DNA of 55,845 nt, the filler included, from Porpidia crustulata (lineage: Eukaryota): NCBI GenBank assembly GCA_964255105.1. It is 3 parts of 3 records of this genome, joined end to end, with 100 filler letters (N's around TTAATTAATTAA, not from the genome) between each part and the next. Parts side by side here need not be neighbours in the genome. Positions count along the whole stretch, not along the records: positions 37,320 to 55,845 come from CAXUWE010000177.1; 2 more parts are not named here. One strand, given 5' to 3'. Under the pieces are notes generated by a model. The model was not told the DNA's origin. It did no database searches and saw only the letters and a list, made by a program, of their open reading frames with translations. Position numbers and translations under genes: made by a program. Numbering within the stretch: position 1 is the first letter of the stretch; the number at the start of each line of letters is the position of its first letter. Below are positions 50,625-55,845 of the stretch, in pieces.

Positions 50625-51968
50625 ATGGGAAGCCAAAGCACTGACTATAAGTTCCAAGGCTGGACTGGCCTTGACGCCGGTGCAGCCGAGGGGAACATGA
50701 AATGGCAGTCGTACGAACCTAAGAATTGGGAGGAAACCGATGTTGATATCAAAGTGACCCACTGCGGTATTTGCGGGTCAGATCTTCATACACTTCGTAG
50801 TGGATGGATGCCCACAATTTACCCTTGCTGTGTTGGGTATGTTGGCCATATTCATGAATATGCTACCTTTGCTGACTTGGAAAAGGCACGAAATTGTTGG
50901 AACTGTGGTCAGGGTAGGAAGCCAAGCTGAAAGCGGTCTCAAGTAGGATCTTTCTTTTCCCAATCAATTCGCAAAGCTCATTGTATGCAGGGTCGGAGAC
51001 CGTGCCGGTGTGGGGGCTCAATCCTCATCATGCTTGAAGGGAAATTGTGAGGAGTGTCAAAGCGGTCTTGAGAACCACTGCGCCAACATGGTTGGGACGT
51101 ACAGTTCCAAGTACCCGGATGGAAGCATCTCCTATGGTGGCTACTCGGATTACTGGCGAGGACCTTCGCACTTCGTCATCAAGATCCCAGACCAGATCTC
51201 CTCGGAAGAGGCTGCGCCCATGCTGTGCGGCGGGATCACAACCTATTCGCCGTTGAAGCAAAACGGCGCCGGACCCGGCCAAAAAGTGGGCATTATCGGA
51301 ATCGGAGGACTGGGCCACTTTGGTCTTTTATACGCCAAGGTAGGAACTCCACATTTCACGCTACTTTAGCACGGGCTGACGTATAAAGGCTTTAGGTAGT
51401 GACAAGGTTGTCGCTATTAGCCGTACAAGCGGGAAGAAAGCCGATGCTATGAAGGTCAATACAGCTCAATTATTCTACCAAAATTGAAAACGCGCTGATC
51501 ATAAAAGATGGGAGCCGATGACTTTATTGCCACCAACGAAGACAAAGATTGGGCCCAGCATCATGCACGTTCTCTCGATCTGATCGTCAGCACTGTTTCG
51601 GACTCCAAGATGCCCCTGGACAGCTATCTTCAGCTCCTGCGAAGCAATGGAACGTTCATCCAAGTAGGAGCTCCAGAGGACAAGATGCCAGCATTTAGCG
51701 CGTTCGCTTTGATCGCAAAGGGGGTGAAGGTCGGAGGTAGTATTATTGGTTCACCGCGGGAAATCAAGGTCAGTTGAATTTATCATGAATTTAGCGTCGT
51801 AGCTGATGTTGTGGACAGGAAATGCTGGACCTCAGCGTGAAGAAGAATGTGCATCCTTGGGTGGTGAAGCGCCCGCTCAAGGACGCTAACCAGGCCGTCG
51901 TCGACATGGCAGCGAACAAGGCGAGGTACCGATACGTTCTGGTCAATGAGGCCCATGCAAAGCTATAG
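50625..51968 (+). CDS. Zn-dependent NADP(H) alcohol dehydrogenase (ADH6/cinnamyl alcohol dehydrogenase family), 6 exons
   Basis: CGICGSDLH, GHEIVG, structural-Zn Cys cluster, AAPMLCGGITTYSPL, GIGGLGH, ARYRYVLVN. Confidence 0.93.
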
Positions 51969-52219
51969 AATATCTCACACACCATCTTGCTACAAGCTTG
52001 AGAAAATGTAGTTAGTATCTAGACAGCGTTGTATATACATCAATAGTAGCAATAGAGCTTTGGAAAGCGAGATTTCCATTTTGTAGGATGACTAACAGAA
52101 TTTTCGGCGCATTGAAGGCCGAGCTCTCGGAAAAGGTTAATTCGATCATCCTCAAAGCTCACGGCGCTCAAGTCAATGGCGATGTATCGTAAAGTCACGG
52201 AACATCCAATTCGGTAATA

Positions 52220-53141
52220 ATGGCCTCTACACCCACGACGACTCCCATCCGCCTTCTCTCGGGAAAAGTTGCAGCCATCAGCGGCGGCCTTACGGGCATT
52301 GGCCGGGCTATAGCTATCGGATTCATTGAGCATGGCTGTAAAGTTGCGATCAATTACTTAGGTGGGGCGGGGGATGAGGAATTGCTCAGAGATATGAAAA
52401 GACAACTTTTGCCCCACGGATTCTGCTTTGTACAGGTCGCTGGGGACATATCCAAGCCAGAAACAGGAAAAGCTCTGGTCGATACAGTTGTGGAAACATG
52501 GGGCAGACTTGACATCTTCGTCAGTAATGCTGGTATCTGTCAATTTGCCGAGTTCTTGGAGTGAGTGCACGATCCTTGCCAGAAGCATCCTTGACTATAT
52601 GAATAAATGCTAAGAGGTGCGCAGAATAGAACCGGATCTCTACTCCCGCACCGTCCGAACCAATCTTGATGGCTCGTTCTATGCTGTACAAGCAGCTGCG
52701 CGGCAGATGGCCGCGCAATCTCCACCTGGTGGCTCTATCATCGGTGTCTCTTCCATTTCGGCTCTTGTGGGTGGAGGGCTCCAGACTCACTATACACCCA
52801 CCAAAGCAGGGATATTGAGTCTTATGCAAAGCTGCGCAGTGGCACTTGGGAAATATAACATCAGATGTAATGCGTTACTTCCGGGAACTATCAAAACACA
52901 GCTCAATGACAAAGACTTGAACGATGAGAAGAAAAAAAAGTATATGGAGGAAAGAATCCCCCTCGGAAGGACAGGCGTGCCCGAGGATATGATAGGCCCT
53001 GCAGTATTTCTGGCAGGAGAGCTGAGCAGATATGTGGTGAGTAGACTTTTATTCTGGAATTAGGCTGGTAGAGAGTACTGATAGTCTTAGACCGGAGCGC
53101 AACTTCTCGTCGACGGAGGTCTTTTTGTCAACCTTCAGTAG
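52220..53141 (+). CDS. LRA1: L-rhamnose 1-dehydrogenase (SDR), 3 exons
   Basis: SGGLTGIGRAIA, VSNAGICQFAEFL, SSISALVGGGLQTHYTPTKAG and C-terminal GAQLLVDGGLFVNLQ, characteristic of LRA1/LraA; adjacent to LRA2. Confidence 0.9.
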
Positions 53142-53509
53142 CTTCCTGCCGACACGATTCCATCTATCAGCCTAAATAGTATTGCCCTCCCTTCCTTTGG
53201 TGGAGCATTCTAGCATCTCGCTAGATGCATGACCAAATAGTCATGCAGAGGAGTCGCGATCATTTCCAAGACTAGAGAGAATCTTCCAACTTCGAAATCA
53301 CCCAAATGGTCCCGAACAGCTCCAAACTATCTTAATTCTTGTTCACTTATGGAATGCCTTTATCTGTCACATTCAGCTAGGCATGGGCCACTCCTTCCAC
53401 AAAGTCAAAGTGAGGAAGAAGTATATTAATCTATAACTTTTTTAGTTGCCAAATCCCCGGTCCGAGTGAAGTCGAGCTTAGGGCTCGCCGTTGCCTCCTC
53501 GACCGGGAC

Positions 53510-54785
53510 TCAGATGTGATACGCTCTTGCAGCGTTGCCTCCCCAAAGATCCTTTCGGTCATCGCCTTGGATGCGTGTTTCGGCAAATTGCTTTACTACC
53601 CACCACCACTACCACAAATTTGGAGTCAGTGACCCTAATTAGACTGTCATTGTAGGCTAGAAATTCGCAGATGAAACTGCTGCTTTTCCCCCAAGTCTAT
53701 GGTTTCACATGGATGCTTGGGTAGATGGGTCAATTTCGGAGATCAGCTTACATTCATCCAAGCAACATCATTGCCACCACCACCAAGATTGCATACTGGC
53801 CAATCACTCCCAAACATGATACGCCTTGGCCCAAATTCTGCAAGCACTACGTCCATCCACTGCATCATCCAGCCACGAGTTTTATCCATCAATTCCGCTC
53901 TAGTCCAAAAGTCCGTTTGCTCTTGTTGAAGCGGAAGTGGGTCGATCTGGGAAAAGCCACCGGAAAGCTTCATATACGTGTTTGACAGCGAAGCGAGGTC
54001 TCTCATCTGTCTTGCCCAATTATCGAAAGGGATACTTGCAGTGGCTGTACCCGTTGGGGCGTCGTATCGACCTGGGAGTCTCATGTTCGGCTTACACATG
54101 TGATCTAGATGGAGATCAGCCGCGGTTCTTATAGTATCGGCGAATGAGAAATTTTACTAATGATCACGGTTACCTTCTTATCCTCCGGTACCCCGGCATG
54201 CGCTTTCCGAATCATTTCCACTGCCTCATCAAGCTGCCAGTCATCACCACGGCTTTGGTCGACCCCCAGATCAAAAGTATATCTGCCCTCACCAAGCCAT
54301 CGGAGAGAGTCAATGAAGCCTGGTTGCGTCATGGTCCCCTTGGGGGATTCCTGGACAAGATACCGAAACCCCGCAATGAGTGTGCAATGAAACCCAGCTC
54401 GCGCCTTTGCCTCTAAAACATATTTGCTCAGAACTTTTGGACCAAGTGGCATTGGCGCCCAGGCAACAATACCGAGACAATACCGGGCATGGTCAGCTGT
54501 ATGGCCTTCGCCTGCCCTTGGTTTTCCGGCAGCTACGCGTGTAATCCAGTCAATCTCCCTGAGAGGCTCTTCCCAGCCCTCCTCGGAATCCAAATGATTC
54601 TTCCTGTCAGTCTCGATGAAGATGAAAGCGCAAGGGACCTCCGGCCGCTTTATTGCCGAGAAATATTCATTGATTGAAAATTGGCCATTCAGAGGGTTCC
54701 CTTCATCACACCAAGCAAGCGTTTCGGCTTCAGATTGTGGATACAGGTGGACGTGGGAATCGATTATCCTCACGTTTTTAGCCAT
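53510..54785 (-). CDS. LRA2: L-rhamnono-gamma-lactonase (amidohydrolase family), 3 exons
   Basis: IIDSHVHLYP, FIFIETDRK, GFRYLVQ, FDLGVD, NHMCKP, YMKLSG, RIMFGSDWPVC; supported by cluster context. Confidence 0.85.
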
Positions 54786-55358
54786 ATTGTGGGTCAGATT
54801 GTCAATTCTGGTTTCGTGATGTACCATTGAGATTGAGATATCAGGTAGTAAGGACAATCTGTCGAAGAAGAAGGTGGTAGGTCCAGACTAATCAAACTAC
54901 ATGTAGGTTTCCTTACAAGGATAGAAAATTGAGAGCATCAACATTATACACAGCAACCGGTTATCGATTGTCGTTCTTCACTAGCAACCAGCGTATTTTC
55001 ACATTCAATCTTACTTGAGTTCCCTTTTCAAAATCAGTCATCCCTATCGGTTTCAAGATAGCTCGTCTAAAAGAACGAAATAGCACACTTTGGAAATCAT
55101 CCTGACAAGGAAGCTTCGAAGCTTAGCTACCTCGCATTCAGTCACAACGGTTGCCCGAACGCGGAAGGTGGAGAGGAGAAAGGAGGACAACGTACGTCAT
55201 TATCGGCATCTCGGTGTATCTATTCCGTTACCTCGGAGTCTATTTACCCTCGCCAGAATTTACGTGATGGCATTATTGACGTTGGAAGAACGATGCAAAG
55301 GATACAACGTCCGCATTGCTTTACCTTTACTTTTCCATTCTACCAGGCATACCCAATT

Positions 55359-55845
55359 ATGGCATACCCTCCTCCACCCGGCGTCTATGCTCCCATTCCT
55401 ACCTTCTTTGTCCTCAAATCCGCCGACAATTATTCCGCCATTTCTCCACCTCTCGATCTCGAAACGCAAGCCAAACATGCCATCCACCTTGTCAAGTCTG
55501 GTCTCCGTCGCTTGGTAGTCCTCGGATCGACGGGCGAAGCGGTCGCGATCACCAACACCGAACGAAACACCCTTCTCCAACATCTCCGCTCCACGCTTGA
55601 CCAAGCAGGCTACAAAGACTACCCCCTCATTGCCGGTACAGCCACCCAAAACATCGAAGACACCCTTTCCCAACTGCGCGATGCCAAAGACTGCGGCTGT
55701 CAATGGGGTCTCGTCCTCGCCCCCGGCTACTTCGCCCCGACCCTCACCCAAGAAGGTCTCAGAGCCTGGTACACCGCCATCGCCGACCGCTCCCCCATCC
55801 CCATCATGATGTAAACAAACCACACCCACCCTCCCTACCACACAC
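55359..55845 (+). CDS. DHDPS/NAL-family aldolase, probable L-2-keto-3-deoxyrhamnonate aldolase (LRA4-like); partial, runs off window
   Basis: PPPGVYAPIPTFF...QAKHA...LVVLGSTGEA...IAGT...LVLAPGYF...ADRSPIPI, followed by an intron donor at ~55811. Divergent from LRA2. Confidence 0.75.

Noticed and set aside
1..55845. Many short ORFs in the supplied track; tRNA, rRNA, CRISPR or intact transposase
   Set aside because: The short ORFs are antisense or alternate-frame shadows of identified genes, or intron read-throughs. I saw no tRNA/rRNA signatures, repeat-spacer arrays or transposase/RT motifs.

Overview
Filamentous-ascomycete (Pezizomycotina) genomic DNA with spliceosomal introns. The window is not one locus. 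It is three contigs (1-18574, 18675-37219, 37320-55845; lengths 18574/18545/18526) joined by artificial N44-TTAATTAATTAA-N44 spacers. Contig 1: LYS9, a sphingolipid C9-methyltransferase, PEX10 and ERD1, then a pseudogenised highly reducing PKS head-to-head with an HXXXD acyltransferase. Contig 2: an AT-rich, decayed accessory segment (degenerate repeats, an HNH-nuclease gene with one nonsense codon, a BTB gene), then POL5, CDC25/MIH1, SLD5 and an ALR/CorA Mg2+ transporter. Contig 3: SWR1, NDUFB8, a Munc13-homology/C2 protein, then an L-rhamnose catabolic cluster (LRA1, LRA2, an LRA4-like aldolase) with an adjacent ADH6-like reductase. Best leads: (1) the rhamnose cluster containing the aldolase and a candidate lactaldehyde reductase, with CCG-N5-TCGG in all three promoter regions; (2) 4 GC-AG introns among about 46 that I could map; (3) the dead PKS/transferase pair with a bZIP-site-rich bidirectional promoter. 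Gene identities come from motif recognition only; no searches were run.
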